DNA of 64,000 bases from Fibrobacteria bacterium (GTDB taxonomy: Bacteria; Fibrobacterota; Fibrobacteria; UBA11236): positions 1 through 64,000 of the forward strand of contig JBJHDK010000001.1 in assembly GCA_050486505.1 (NCBI GenBank). Direction: 5' to 3'. Positions 18,962-29,543 of the stretch are shown in pieces (position 1 is the stretch's first letter; every line of letters starts with the position of its first letter). Under the pieces are notes generated by a model. It was not told the origin of the DNA. It did no database searches and worked only from the letters and a program-made list of their open reading frames with translations. Position numbers and translations under genes: made by a program.

Positions 18962-19945
18962 CTAATCATCCCCCTTCGCCGCCGCCTTGCGCAGCCGGTC
19001 GTTGACCGCGAGGCCCAGTCCCTCATCGGGAAGCAGCGCGGCACGAATCACGCGCAGGCCCGCCGTGTCAAGCCGATGCAGGGCCGCGAAGAGATTCGTC
19101 GCCGCCTCGCGCGCGTCTCCGGCGGGTGAAAGGTTCTCCGCGCGGGCAAACCCTTCGGGCATTCCGCTGCCGAACCACACCAGTCCCTCACCGCGGCGGT
19201 CTTCGGGGGTCATGGTCATGGTTTCCTCCAGCAGGCGCAGCGGCGTGCGCGGGGCATAGTGCCAGGGAAGCGCCCCGGGGGAAACCTGCGGCGCGTCGGC
19301 AGCGGATTCCGCGGGACGACCGGGGCGCTTCCCCAGAACCTTTGCGAGCGCCTCCACCGGGACCCCTCCGGCGCGCAACAGGACGGGTTCCCCCCCTTCC
19401 CATCCCACCACGGTTGATTCCACACCCACAGCGCAGGGACCGCCGTCGAGCACGCAATCGATTCCTTCCGCGAAGGCGCGCGCCACGTGTTCCGCGCGCG
19501 TGGGGCTGAGAGCGCCGAAGGGATTGGCGCTGGGTGCGGCGAGGGGAATGTCGGCTTCGCGCAGCAAGGCCTGCGCGAGTGGGTGCGCAGGCACGCGCAC
19601 GGCGACCGACGGCAATCCCGACGTCGCGAGATCGGGAACATTCGGGGCCTTGGGAAGTACGAGCGTCAGGGGGCCGGGCCAGAAGTCGCGCATGAGGAGC
19701 ACGGCGTCGGGAGGAACCGTTTCCCAGAGCGCGCGGGCCCGCGTTTCGTCGGCGACGTGGAGGATCAACGGGTCGAAAAAAGGGCGGCGCTTCACCTCGA
19801 AAATGCGGGCCAGCGCGATCGGGTCGAGGGCGTGCCCGGCCAGTCCGTACACGGTTTCGGTGGGCATGCCGACCAAGCGGCCTTGTCGCAGTGCATCCGC
19901 GGCGCGGCGCAGGGCTTCGTGAGTCGGTTCGAGCACGGGAATCAT
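18962..19945 (-). CDS. tsaC: L-threonylcarbamoyladenylate synthase (YrdC + Sua5 domains)
   Basis: PTETVYGL, KRRPFFDPLILH, FWPGPLT, APSANPFG, ESTVV, SPG..HYAP. Confidence 0.95.
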   Translation of the reverse strand: MIPVLEPTHEALRRAADALRQGRLVGMPTETVYGLAGHALDPIALARIFEVKRRPFFDPLILHVADETRARALWETVPPDAVLLMRDFWPGPLTLVLPKAPNVPDLATSGLPSVAVRVPAHPLAQALLREADIPLAAPSANPFGALSPTRAEHVARAFAEGIDCVLDGGPCAVGVESTVVGWEGGEPVLLRAGGVPVEALAKVLGKRPGRPAESAADAPQVSPGALPWHYAPRTPLRLLEETMTMTPEDRRGEGLVWFGSGMPEGFARAENLSPAGDAREAATNLFAALHRLDTAGLRVIRAALLPDEGLGLAVNDRLRKAAAKGDD

Positions 19946-19988
19946 GGCCGTGGAAAGGTAGCAGGGCGGGCCCGCGGCCGGTACAGCG

Positions 19989-22900
19989 TCAGGCGCGCAG
20001 GGCCGCGTCGAGCTTTGCGGCGAGTTCTTCGTGGGTGAAGGGCTTCCGAACACGGATCCGGTCGGGTCCGAGGGAGCCGTCCGGAGTTTCGGAACCCGTC
20101 ATGAACAGGCACCTCGCGCGCGGGCGTGCCGCCAGGAAGCGTTCCGCCAGCGTTTCGCCGCTCATGTCGGGCCACTCGGCTTCGGTCATGAGCAGGCCGA
20201 TTTCGATCGGGTTGTGGCGCGCCACCAGCAGGGCCTCCGCGGGCGATCGCGCGACCAGCAGGGGAAACCCCAGTTCGCGCAGGATCGCCGATGCCGCTTC
20301 GAGGTGCGCGGGATTGTTTTCGACCAGGAGGACCGTCGGATTCTGGCCGGAAGCCGTCCGGGAGGTCGCTTCGTGCTCCTTCCGCTCGGGACGGTAACGC
20401 GGCAACCGGATGCGGAAGGTCGCCCCTTTTCCGGGAGCACTTTCGACTTCGATATGCCCGCCGCTTTGTTTGACGATGCCGTGGACGGTGGGAAGACCCA
20501 GGCCCGTCCCCTGTCCGAATGGCTTGGTGGTGAAGAAGGGCTCGAAAAGGCGCTCCATGGTTTCGGGCGTCATGCCCTCACCGTTGTCGCGAATGGTCAG
20601 AACGACATAGTCGCCTGTCGCGAGGCCTGGCGGCGGCGAATGCTGCGCGTCGAGAGTCTCGTTGCGTGTGGTGATGGACACTGCGCCCTGTTTCGAGGAC
20701 CCGATGGCATCGCGTGCGTTGATGCAGATGTTGACGAGAACCTGGTCGGCCTGCACGGGGTCGATGCGCACGGGCCAGAGCGCCGCGTCCGTTTCGACAT
20801 GCAGTGCGATCCCTTCGCCGACGAGCCCGCGCAGCATGCCCGCCATGTCGCGGATCTGGGCGTCGAGTTGCACCACTTGCGGCTGCGCGGCCTGGCGGCG
20901 GGCGTATGTCAGCAACTGGCGCGTCAGGGCAGCGGCCCGGCCGGCGGCGTCGTGGATTTCCCTGAGGCTGGCGTGAAGTGCGCTGCCGGCCTCGGTTTTG
21001 CGCATCGCGATCTCCGACCGCACCGAAATCACGGTCAGCATGTTGTTGAAGTCGTGCGCCACGCCGCCGGCCAATTGGCCGATGGCCTCCATTTTCTGCA
21101 TCTGCCGAAGGGCCGCCTCTTGCACCACCTTGTCCGTGATGTCGAGAATGAACCCTTCCAGGTGGCCGGGAGCGTCGTTTTTTCCCGCGATGAGATGGCC
21201 GCGTTCCCAAACCGTTTTGACCTTGCCGTCCCGGGCGATGATGCGGTATTCCATTTCATAGGGAACCATGGCCGCGACAGCGTGATGCGTGGCTTCGTGG
21301 ACATGCGCCCGGTCCTCGGGATGGACGAGTTCGCCGTAGGTGATCACACCCTCCTTGCCGAATTCCGCGGGAGAGTAGCCGGTCAGTTCGGTGACGCTTT
21401 CCGAGACGTAGAGCATCGTCCAGTTCTCGTCGAGCCGGCACCGGTACGCGGTTCCGGGAAGATTGTCGATCAGTGTGGAAAGGCGCCGCTCGCTTTCGTG
21501 CAACGCATCCTGCGCGGCCCTGATGTCGGTGACGTCGCGCATGGTGCCCACGATCCGCTCCACTTCGCCCTTCTCGTTGAGGATCGAGGTGGAACGATCG
21601 AGCACCCAGCGGACGCTTCCGTCGGGATGCAGGACCCGGAACTCGGTCTCGGTGGGAACCCCGGCCATTTCATTCCAGTGGGCTGCCATGGCCTTGTCAC
21701 GGTCGTCGGGATGAATCGACTCGACGTACGACATCGGATTGGCATAGAGGTGCTCCAGCGGCATGCCCCAGATGCGTTCGTACCCCTTGCCCGCGAAGAG
21801 GATCTGGTTTTCGACCGGATCGTAGTTGTAGAAGATGTCCTGCACGTTCTCGGCCATCTCGCGGAAGCGCTCCTCGCTGCGGCGTAGCTCTTCTTCGGCA
21901 CGTTTTTTCCCGGAGATGTCCTCGACAAGGGCGAGGATCCCGATGGATTCGTTGTCACCTCCCTTGAGGGGTGCGGCGGAAAGACGCATGTCGAAAAGCG
22001 TTCCGTCCCTGCGTCGGCGCGTCAGCTCGATGCCCGTAAGCGTTACCCCCCGAAGTACCCGGTCGCGCAGGGCGATGAACTCCTCGCGTTTGTCGTCGGG
22101 AATGAACGGGAGGTTTCTTCCGACGATTTCAGCTGCCGTCCACCCGAAGATTGCGGTCGCCGAGTCGTTCCACGACTGCACGCATCCCTCGGGGTCGAGG
22201 GTGATCACGCCGAGGGGAAGGCAGTCCACCACGGCGCGCCGGAACTCCTCGTCCTTGCGCCGCGCATACTGCGTGATGATCAACGACACCAGGTTGGAAA
22301 CGGAGACGGCGAAACTTTTCTCGGCAGGAGTCCATTTCCTCGGGCTTCCGGTTTGTTCGAAACAAAGCACGCCCTCGAGCGCGCCTGCGTTGAGAATGGG
22401 GGTGTCGAGCATCGACGTGATGCCCAACGGCTTCAGGTAAGACTCGGCGAATTCACGGGTGCGGGCGTCGGTCAGAGCGTCGTTTGCATCGATCACCCGG
22501 CTTTTCTCGAGCGCGAGGAAGTATGAGGGGTACGTCGTGGCTTTCAGCACGTGTCCCGCCGAATGTCGCCTTGGCCCGCGTTCAAAGAGGTCGCGGCTGA
22601 CGATGGTGGTCCGACCCTCGTCGTAGTGCCAGATGCTCACGCGTTCCACGCCGAGCGTGTCGGCGACGGTCTCCGTGATCTTTCGCATCTCGCCTTCCTG
22701 ATCGGGGGATTGCAACAGCCTCCGTGTCAACAGCGTCAGGGTTTCATGTTGTTGCGCATAGTCGCGGTTTCCTTCCTGCAGCGCTTCGTTGGCCTCCCGT
22801 TGCGCGTTCATCTCCTTTCGGATGCGCCAAAGCGCCCCACGGACGAGCAGGTACACAAGAACCGATGTCGCGGCGACGAAGAGCAGGCCCTTGAGCGTCT

Positions 22901-23027
22901 GGATGGAGAGCGGCAGGGCCCAGTTTCCGGCAAGGTCGCCCGCGAGCCAGTCGGACACGATGATCCACAAGGAGCCTGTGGCTGCGTACACGAGCGTGAC
23001 GCGGAGCGGGCTGGTAAAGAATTTCAC
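19989..23027 (-). CDS. Hybrid sensor histidine kinase (2 TM, GAF, 3 PAS, HisKA, HATPase, degenerate REC)
   Basis: LAGGVAHDFNN, NARDA, DNGEGM, FEPFFTTK..GTGLGL; GAF SMLDTPI. Confidence 0.95.
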   Translation of the reverse strand: MKFFTSPLRVTLVYAATGSLWIIVSDWLAGDLAGNWALPLSIQTLKGLLFVAATSVLVYLLVRGALWRIRKEMNAQREANEALQEGNRDYAQQHETLTLLTRRLLQSPDQEGEMRKITETVADTLGVERVSIWHYDEGRTTIVSRDLFERGPRRHSAGHVLKATTYPSYFLALEKSRVIDANDALTDARTREFAESYLKPLGITSMLDTPILNAGALEGVLCFEQTGSPRKWTPAEKSFAVSVSNLVSLIITQYARRKDEEFRRAVVDCLPLGVITLDPEGCVQSWNDSATAIFGWTAAEIVGRNLPFIPDDKREEFIALRDRVLRGVTLTGIELTRRRRDGTLFDMRLSAAPLKGGDNESIGILALVEDISGKKRAEEELRRSEERFREMAENVQDIFYNYDPVENQILFAGKGYERIWGMPLEHLYANPMSYVESIHPDDRDKAMAAHWNEMAGVPTETEFRVLHPDGSVRWVLDRSTSILNEKGEVERIVGTMRDVTDIRAAQDALHESERRLSTLIDNLPGTAYRCRLDENWTMLYVSESVTELTGYSPAEFGKEGVITYGELVHPEDRAHVHEATHHAVAAMVPYEMEYRIIARDGKVKTVWERGHLIAGKNDAPGHLEGFILDITDKVVQEAALRQMQKMEAIGQLAGGVAHDFNNMLTVISVRSEIAMRKTEAGSALHASLREIHDAAGRAAALTRQLLTYARRQAAQPQVVQLDAQIRDMAGMLRGLVGEGIALHVETDAALWPVRIDPVQADQVLVNICINARDAIGSSKQGAVSITTRNETLDAQHSPPPGLATGDYVVLTIRDNGEGMTPETMERLFEPFFTTKPFGQGTGLGLPTVHGIVKQSGGHIEVESAPGKGATFRIRLPRYRPERKEHEATSRTASGQNPTVLLVENNPAHLEAASAILRELGFPLLVARSPAEALLVARHNPIEIGLLMTEAEWPDMSGETLAERFLAARPRARCLFMTGSETPDGSLGPDRIRVRKPFTHEELAAKLDAALRA

Positions 23028-23048
23028 GATGCGAGCGGCGGTGCCGGG

Positions 23049-24470
23049 CTAGTTCGGTGAAGCGGGACCGGGGGTGCCCTCAACGTGCTCCCCTCCGGAA
23101 GGGGCTTCCCCGGAGTCCCCCCGTTTGCGGGCCTCGATCTCGTTCAGCTTGCGGTAGATGGTGCGCACGCCGATGCCGAGTTCCTCCGCGCTCTTCGCGC
23201 GATCGCCGTGGTTGCGCTTCAGCACCTGCTGGATGACCTGCAACTCGATGTCCTCGAGCTTCGTCCCGGGGCGAAACTGCAGGCGCGGGGCCGAATCGTC
23301 GCCACCGCAGATTTCCGGCGGCAAAACCTTCGGCGTGATTTCCGGTCCGGTGGTGAGGATCACCGCGCGCTCGATGGCGTTCTCAAGTTCGCGGATATTT
23401 CCGGGCCACGAATAGCCCTCCAGCAATTGCAGGGCCTCGGGGCTGAGGGCCAGGGGTTGCTTCCGGTTTTTTTTGCAGTACTTCGCGATGAAGTACGAGA
23501 CGTACATCGTGAGGTCTTCCATGCGGTCGCGCAGCGGGGGAAGCAGCAGGGGAATGACATTCAGGCGATAGAACAGGTCTTCACGGAATTGTCCCGAGGC
23601 GACCATCTTGCGCAGGTCGCGGTTGGTGGCCGCAATGACGCGGACATCGACCTTTTCGGGGGATCCGCCCACCGGCGTGACCTCGCCCTCCTGGAGCACG
23701 CGCAGCATCTTGGCCTGCAGTGCGAGGGGAAGCTCGCCGATTTCGTCGAGGAAGATCGTCCCGGAGTGGGCTTCCTGGAAGCGCCCGCGTTTGTCCTGGT
23801 AGGCGCCCGTGAAGGCGCCGCGCTTGTGCCCGAAGAGTTCCGACTCGATCAGGTTTTCGGGAATGGCGGCGCAGTTCACCGTCACCAGCGGCTTGTCGGC
23901 GCGCTTCGAGTAGGCGGCGATGTAGTGCGCCAGCACTTCCTTTCCGGTGCCGGATTCCCCGAGAATGAGAATGGTGGCCTCGCTGCCGGCCGCCAGGGAC
24001 GAAGATTCCAGCAGTTCGCGGAAGGCGGGGCTTTTGCCATCGGTGAAGGCGGGGATTCGCGCCTTTTGAAGCGATTTTTTCAGCTTGAAGTTTTCGGTGA
24101 GCAGGCTGGTCTTTTCGAAAGCGCGGCGCACCACGGCCTCGATCACGGGCATGTTGAAGGGTTTCGAGATGAAGTCGTAAGCTCCGTAGCGCATCGCGGA
24201 AACCGCATCCTCGACCGATCCGTATCCGGTGATGAGAATGACCTGGATGTCGGGGTTGATGGCTTTGATCCTTTGAAGCACTTCGAGGCCGTCGAGGCCG
24301 GGCATTTTCAGGTCGGTGATGACGACTTCGGGAAGCTGTTTGCGGACGATGTCAATGGCCGCGTGGGGGTCGCTGCACTTGATGGGCGCGTAGTCGAGTT
24401 CCTCCAACAGGGCGGCCAGGGATTCGAGGACGCTGGTATCGTCGTCAAGGATCAGGAGTTCTTTTTTCAT
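23049..24470 (-). CDS. Sigma-54-dependent response regulator (NtrC family)
   Basis: REC (ILDDD, TDLKMP), [40 protein letters not shown], Fis HTH. Confidence 0.97.
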   Translation of the reverse strand: MKKELLILDDDTSVLESLAALLEELDYAPIKCSDPHAAIDIVRKQLPEVVITDLKMPGLDGLEVLQRIKAINPDIQVILITGYGSVEDAVSAMRYGAYDFISKPFNMPVIEAVVRRAFEKTSLLTENFKLKKSLQKARIPAFTDGKSPAFRELLESSSLAAGSEATILILGESGTGKEVLAHYIAAYSKRADKPLVTVNCAAIPENLIESELFGHKRGAFTGAYQDKRGRFQEAHSGTIFLDEIGELPLALQAKMLRVLQEGEVTPVGGSPEKVDVRVIAATNRDLRKMVASGQFREDLFYRLNVIPLLLPPLRDRMEDLTMYVSYFIAKYCKKNRKQPLALSPEALQLLEGYSWPGNIRELENAIERAVILTTGPEITPKVLPPEICGGDDSAPRLQFRPGTKLEDIELQVIQQVLKRNHGDRAKSAEELGIGVRTIYRKLNEIEARKRGDSGEAPSGGEHVEGTPGPASPN

Positions 24471-24665
24471 GCAATCGTTGGATTCGGGAGGTCGTGATGT
24501 GGCCGAATGATAACAGCCGGGCCCCCTGTTTCAATCCGGGACACAAGATTTTATGTGTCCGTCGTCATTATGCATGGTAAGTTAACCCGAGGATTTTCCT
24601 TTTGCTTGATCTTTCGCGCCCGATCGACCCGCTCCTTCCAGAAGGTTGCAATCCACGGACACCTT

Positions 24666-27074
24666 ATGCATTTCACGCTTGATTTTTCCGAAATCGGAAT
24701 GGATCGCCTCCCCGAAGTCGGGGGCAAAAACGCTTCCCTTGGGGAAATGTTCAATCGACTGCGCGACGACGGCATCGCGGTGCCCGACGGCTTCGCGGTG
24801 ACTGCGGCGGCGTATCGGCTCTTCCTGCAGGAGAACGGGGTCGTCCCCCGCCTCGAATCCCTTCTGGCCACTCTCGACCTCGCGGAGTTCTCGAACCTCG
24901 AGGCGGTGGCGCGCGAGGCGCGCGAGCTCGTCACCGGCGGCGAAATGCCCGCGGCCATCGTCGCGGCGGTGAAGGAGGCGCATGCCTCGCTCATGGGGCG
25001 CTGCCCTCCCGGAACCACCCTGGCCGTGCGGAGCAGCGCCACCGCCGAGGACCTGCCCGGCGCGAGCTTCGCCGGCCAGATGGAGACCTTTCTCAACATC
25101 GCCGGCGACGACGCGCTGCTTGCCGCTTGCCACAGGTGCTTCGCGTCCCTCTTCACGGCCCGGGCGATCAAGTACCGGGTCGACAACGGGTTCGATCACA
25201 TGCAGGTGGCGGTGTCCGTCTGCGTGCAGCGGATGGTACGCAGCGACCTTGCCTCTTCCGGTGTCGGGTTCACCATCGACCCCGACACGGGAAACTCCAA
25301 TGTCGTGTTACTGACCGGGGCGTTCGGACTCGGCGAAAACGTGGTGCAGGGCGCGGTCGGCCCCGACCAGTTCACCGTGTTCAAGCACGGGCTGCGCGAG
25401 GGGCTCGACCCCGTCATCGCGCGCCAGGTCGGGCCGAAGGAAAAGACGATGGTCTATGCGGCCGCCGATGCGCCGGGCGGGGAAACCACGCTGAACGTCG
25501 ATACACCCGCCGAAAAGCGGAAGGCCCTTACGCTATCCGATGCGGAGGTCCTGCAACTGGCCCGGTGGTGCGTCCGCATCGAGGAACACTACGGGCAGCC
25601 GATGGACATCGAGTGGGCGAAGGACGGGCAGACCGGGGAGCTTTTCATCGTGCAGGCGCGCCCCGAAACCGTGCATGCGGGTCCGCGCGCGGGGGCCTCG
25701 CGCAAGTCCTACGCCATCGGGGAGCGCGGCGAGGTCCTGGCCCGGGGCACGGCCGTCGGCAACGCCATCGCCTCCGGGCGCGCGCGGCGCATCGATTCGC
25801 CCGCCGATTCGGGGCGGCTGCAACACGGTGAGGTGCTGGTCACCGGCATCACCAATCCCGACTGGGACCCGATCATGAAAAAGGCCGCGGCCATCGTCAC
25901 CGACAAGGGCGGTCGCACCAGCCATGCCGCCATCGTGGCGCGCGAGCTCGGCCTCACCGCCCTGGTCGGCACGGGCACCGGTACCTCGTCCATTCCCGAT
26001 GGCGCCGAGGTCACGGTTTCGTGCGCCGAGGGCGACACGGGGTACGTGTATGCGGGCAAGGTTCCTTTCACCGTCACGGAGCACGGCCCCGGAGACTGGC
26101 CCCGGCCTCGGACCCCGGCCATGCTCATCCTCGGGGAACCCGATGCGGCGTTCCGCATGGCCGCGCTTCCCTGCGACGGCGTCGGGTTGATGCGCCTCGA
26201 GTTCGTCATCAACAATGCGATTCGCGTCCACCCCGTGGCCCTGGCGAAGTGGGATGAAGTGAAGGAAGGCCCGGCCAAGGAGGAAATCCGGACCCTGACG
26301 GAGGGATGGGACGACAAGCCCGCGTACTTCGTGGACAAACTCGCCGAGGCGGTGGGAACCATCGCGGCGGCCTTCTGGCCGCGCGAGGTGATCGTCCGCA
26401 TGAGCGACTTCAAGTCGAACGAGTACGCGGGCCTGCTGGGCGGCTCCCAGTTCGAGCCGGACGAAGAAAACCCCATGCTCGGCTTTCGCGGCGCCTCGCG
26501 CTACTACCACCCCCTCTATCGCGACGGCTTCCGCCTCGAGTGCCTGGCCATGCGCAAGGTGCGCGATGTCATGGGGCTGACCAACGTGAAGCTGATGATC
26601 CCCTTCTGCCGCACGGTCGAGGAGGCGGAAAAGGTGGAGGCCGAAATGGTCGCCAACGGGCTGCGTCGGGGCGAGAACGGCCTCGAGCTTTACGTGATGG
26701 TCGAGATCCCCAGCAACGTCCTGTTGCTGGAGGAGTTCGCGAAGCACTTCGACGGGTTCTCCATCGGCTCCAACGACCTTACCCAGCTCACGCTCGGGCT
26801 CGATCGCGACTCCGAGCTTGTCAGTCCTTTGTTCAGCGAGAAAAATCCCGCCGTGCAGGAGTTGATCGCGCGCGCAGTGGGTTCCGCGCGCAAGGCCGGG
26901 CGGCGCATCGGGCTGTGCGGGCAAGCGCCCAGCGATCATCCCGATTTCGCGCAATTCCTGGTCGCGCAGGGCATCAGCAGCATTTCGTTCACACCCGACG
27001 CGCTGCACCAGGGCATGAAGAACATGGCGCAGGCGGAAGCCGTGTTCCGGAAACACGAAGGGAGCGAAGCATGA
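24666..27074 (+). CDS. ppsA: Phosphoenolpyruvate synthase
   Basis: VGGKNASLGEM, AVRSSATAEDLP, DIEWAKDG, GGRTSHAAIVARE, FSIGSNDLTQL. Confidence 0.97.
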   Translation: MHFTLDFSEIGMDRLPEVGGKNASLGEMFNRLRDDGIAVPDGFAVTAAAYRLFLQENGVVPRLESLLATLDLAEFSNLEAVAREARELVTGGEMPAAIVAAVKEAHASLMGRCPPGTTLAVRSSATAEDLPGASFAGQMETFLNIAGDDALLAACHRCFASLFTARAIKYRVDNGFDHMQVAVSVCVQRMVRSDLASSGVGFTIDPDTGNSNVVLLTGAFGLGENVVQGAVGPDQFTVFKHGLREGLDPVIARQVGPKEKTMVYAAADAPGGETTLNVDTPAEKRKALTLSDAEVLQLARWCVRIEEHYGQPMDIEWAKDGQTGELFIVQARPETVHAGPRAGASRKSYAIGERGEVLARGTAVGNAIASGRARRIDSPADSGRLQHGEVLVTGITNPDWDPIMKKAAAIVTDKGGRTSHAAIVARELGLTALVGTGTGTSSIPDGAEVTVSCAEGDTGYVYAGKVPFTVTEHGPGDWPRPRTPAMLILGEPDAAFRMAALPCDGVGLMRLEFVINNAIRVHPVALAKWDEVKEGPAKEEIRTLTEGWDDKPAYFVDKLAEAVGTIAAAFWPREVIVRMSDFKSNEYAGLLGGSQFEPDEENPMLGFRGASRYYHPLYRDGFRLECLAMRKVRDVMGLTNVKLMIPFCRTVEEAEKVEAEMVANGLRRGENGLELYVMVEIPSNVLLLEEFAKHFDGFSIGSNDLTQLTLGLDRDSELVSPLFSEKNPAVQELIARAVGSARKAGRRIGLCGQAPSDHPDFAQFLVAQGISSISFTPDALHQGMKNMAQAEAVFRKHEGSEA

Positions 27075-27847
27075 CGGCATCGAACGGCAACAACGAATTC
27101 GCGGGCAAGGTCGCGCTGGTCACCGGCGCGGCTTCGGGAATCGGGCGGGCCACGGCCCTGGCTTTTTCCGCCGCAGGCGCGAGTGTGCTCGTCTCGGATG
27201 TGCAGGAGGAAGCCGGGGAGCAAACCGTCGGGCTCATCCGCGCAGCGGGCGGTCGTGCGAAATTCGTGCGCTGCGACGTCTCGCACGAGGACGAGGTCGA
27301 GGCGATGGTCGAGCGATGCATCGAGTCATTCGGGCGCCTCGACTTCGCCTGCAACAACGCGGGGATCGAGGGGGCCTCCTCCGCCGTCACCGATCTTTCG
27401 GGGGAGGAGTGGAACCGCATCCTCGCCGTGAACCTGACGGGAACCTGGTACTGCATGCGGCACGAGTTGCCGGTGATGCTGCGGCAGGGGGGCGGGTCGG
27501 TCGTCAACGTCGCGTCCATCGCCGGTGTCGTGGGCTTTCCCAACGCATCGGCATACGTGGCGAGCAAGCACGGGGTGGTCGGGTTGACGCGGTCCGCCGC
27601 GCTTGAATACGCGCGGCAGGGGATCCGGATCAATGTCGTGTGCCCCGGGGTGATCGAAACCCCCATGATCACACGTGCGACCGGGGGCGATGCCACTGCG
27701 GCCGCACAGTTCGCCCAAGGCGCCCCGGCGGGGCGGATGGGACAACCGGAGGAGATCGCCTCCGCCGTGCTATGGCTGTGCTCCGCCGGGGCGGGATACA
27801 CCATCGGGCACCCCCTCGTCGTCGATGGCGGCTGGACCGTGCAGTAG
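27071..27847 (+). CDS. Short-chain dehydrogenase/reductase
   Basis: TGAASGIG, NNAG, YVASKHG, VDGG; ATG overlaps the ppsA stop. Confidence 0.95.
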   Translation: MTASNGNNEFAGKVALVTGAASGIGRATALAFSAAGASVLVSDVQEEAGEQTVGLIRAAGGRAKFVRCDVSHEDEVEAMVERCIESFGRLDFACNNAGIEGASSAVTDLSGEEWNRILAVNLTGTWYCMRHELPVMLRQGGGSVVNVASIAGVVGFPNASAYVASKHGVVGLTRSAALEYARQGIRINVVCPGVIETPMITRATGGDATAAAQFAQGAPAGRMGQPEEIASAVLWLCSAGAGYTIGHPLVVDGGWTVQ

Positions 27848-27888
27848 CGTTATTTTCCCCGCGTTTTCTTCGATTTTTCCTGGCAGTC

Positions 27889-28004
27889 GACTGCCGGAAT
27901 GACCTTGAAGGCTGCCGTTTCGGCAGTCTTTATTCGTTGATTCCAGTAAAAAAGTCGAAAATTCTCTCAAAAATCGATCATAATGATGTGGCACGCGCCT
28001 CGCA
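27889..28004 (+). promoter_or_regulatory. Putative sigma-54 (-24/-12) promoter with upstream palindromic enhancer
   Basis: TGGCACGCGCCTCGCA (GG-N10-GC) at 27989-28004; palindrome CTGCCG-TTT-CGGCAG upstream and an AT-rich spacer. Confidence 0.55.
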
Positions 28005-28055
28005 TTCCTCCCCTGCAGGTGGGATGTCCCACCACCAAGACCCGGGGGTGGAGCC

Positions 28056-29321
28056 ATGCGTGCCGCGATCAATACAACAGCAGCGAAGGGACGCGGGAAG
28101 GCCATCACCGCGATGTTGGGGTTGGGAACCGCTGTGCTCATGGTCGCGGGATGCAACCTCTCCCATGAAATCTCTCCTGTCGGCCCCGACACCCGTGAGT
28201 TGATTGCAGGACCCGCCAGCCCTGGCGGCATGATGGATCTCCGGACCCAAAACAGGGCTGTGTCGGTTCAGAACCGGCACGGAGCGAATCTCTTCTCGGT
28301 GCGCGGGGTGGTTGGGACGGGCGTGAGCCAGGATGAAGCCGGAAACCCCGTGATCATGGTCTACACCGAGGAGCCGGGGGTTCAGGGGATTCCCGAAGCC
28401 TTGGAAGGACTGCCGGTCCGCACGGAAGTGATCGGCAAGATCATCTCCCTCGACGGCAATGCCAACGGCAAAAGCCCGGGCAAGGGGCAGGGGAACAACA
28501 ACGCCGGCGGCGTCGGCATCGGGAACAATCCGGGCGCCGTCACGGATCGTGCGACTCAGCGTTTTCCCAATGATGGAGTATCCCCCGACGCTTGCGCCGA
28601 CATCGACCGCACGGCCCGCTTTTCCCGCGCGGTTCCCGTCGGGGTTTCGGCCGGCATCTCGGGGTTTAGCGGCGGCACTTACGGGGCACGCGTGAAGGAC
28701 GCGGCCGGCAACCTCTACATGCTCAGCAACAACCACGTGTTCGCGGGGCGCAACAGCGCGCCCATCGGACGGGAGGCCGTGCAGCCGCGTCCCCAGGACG
28801 GCGGGCGGGCGCCGACCGATGCCGTGGGGCAGTTGGCCGACTTCGAACCGCTGCGTTTCTGCAACCTCGGGGGAGAGTACGGGGACGACGCCTCCAGCTG
28901 CCCGGTGAACGTGATCGACGCGGCCATCGTGTCCACGACCGAGGAGTTGGCGGGGCGCTCGACGCCGTGCGAAGGATACGGAACCCCGAAGGCAGCCGCG
29001 GTGGAGCCGCGGGTCGGGATGCAGGTGATGAAGTACGGGCGCACGACGGGGCTGACCACGGGTCGCATCCGCGCGGTCAACGTCACGGTGCACGTCAACT
29101 TCGGATCGCTCGGAAACGGTGCGTACCGGATCGGGATTTTCTCGGGCCAGATCCAGATCTCCCAGGAAGGTTTCTCGAGCAGCGGTGATTCGGGTTCGCT
29201 GCTGGTCACGCAGGACGGCAATCCCGTGGGCCTGATCTTCGCCGGGAGTAGCACGGCGTCCTTCGCGAATCCGATCTTCCCCGTGCTCGAACGTTTCGGC
29301 GTCACGGTCGACGGGGAATAA
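28056..29321 (+). CDS. Lipoprotein with trypsin-like (S1) serine protease domain
   Basis: Lipobox LMVAG-C; triad motifs LSNNHV, IDAAI, SGDSGS; KYGRTTGLTTG. Confidence 0.85.
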   Translation: MRAAINTTAAKGRGKAITAMLGLGTAVLMVAGCNLSHEISPVGPDTRELIAGPASPGGMMDLRTQNRAVSVQNRHGANLFSVRGVVGTGVSQDEAGNPVIMVYTEEPGVQGIPEALEGLPVRTEVIGKIISLDGNANGKSPGKGQGNNNAGGVGIGNNPGAVTDRATQRFPNDGVSPDACADIDRTARFSRAVPVGVSAGISGFSGGTYGARVKDAAGNLYMLSNNHVFAGRNSAPIGREAVQPRPQDGGRAPTDAVGQLADFEPLRFCNLGGEYGDDASSCPVNVIDAAIVSTTEELAGRSTPCEGYGTPKAAAVEPRVGMQVMKYGRTTGLTTGRIRAVNVTVHVNFGSLGNGAYRIGIFSGQIQISQEGFSSSGDSGSLLVTQDGNPVGLIFAGSSTASFANPIFPVLERFGVTVDGE

Positions 29322-29543
29322 CCTCCGTCGCCCCTTGCGGAGGGACCGTCCGGGAAGGAGTCCCCCCGTGACCTCCCTCCAGCGCCTCCTCTAACTCATT
29401 GATATATCGCGAGATTCCGGGGGGGTACATTCTTGCCTCCCTTTTTTGCGGGCTGGACTTAATTTTCCCCGGAACCGGCGCTTTGCCGGAACGGGCCGCC
29501 TGCATGGAACCACGGTCCCGCCCACGGTTTTGCAAGGAATTCG

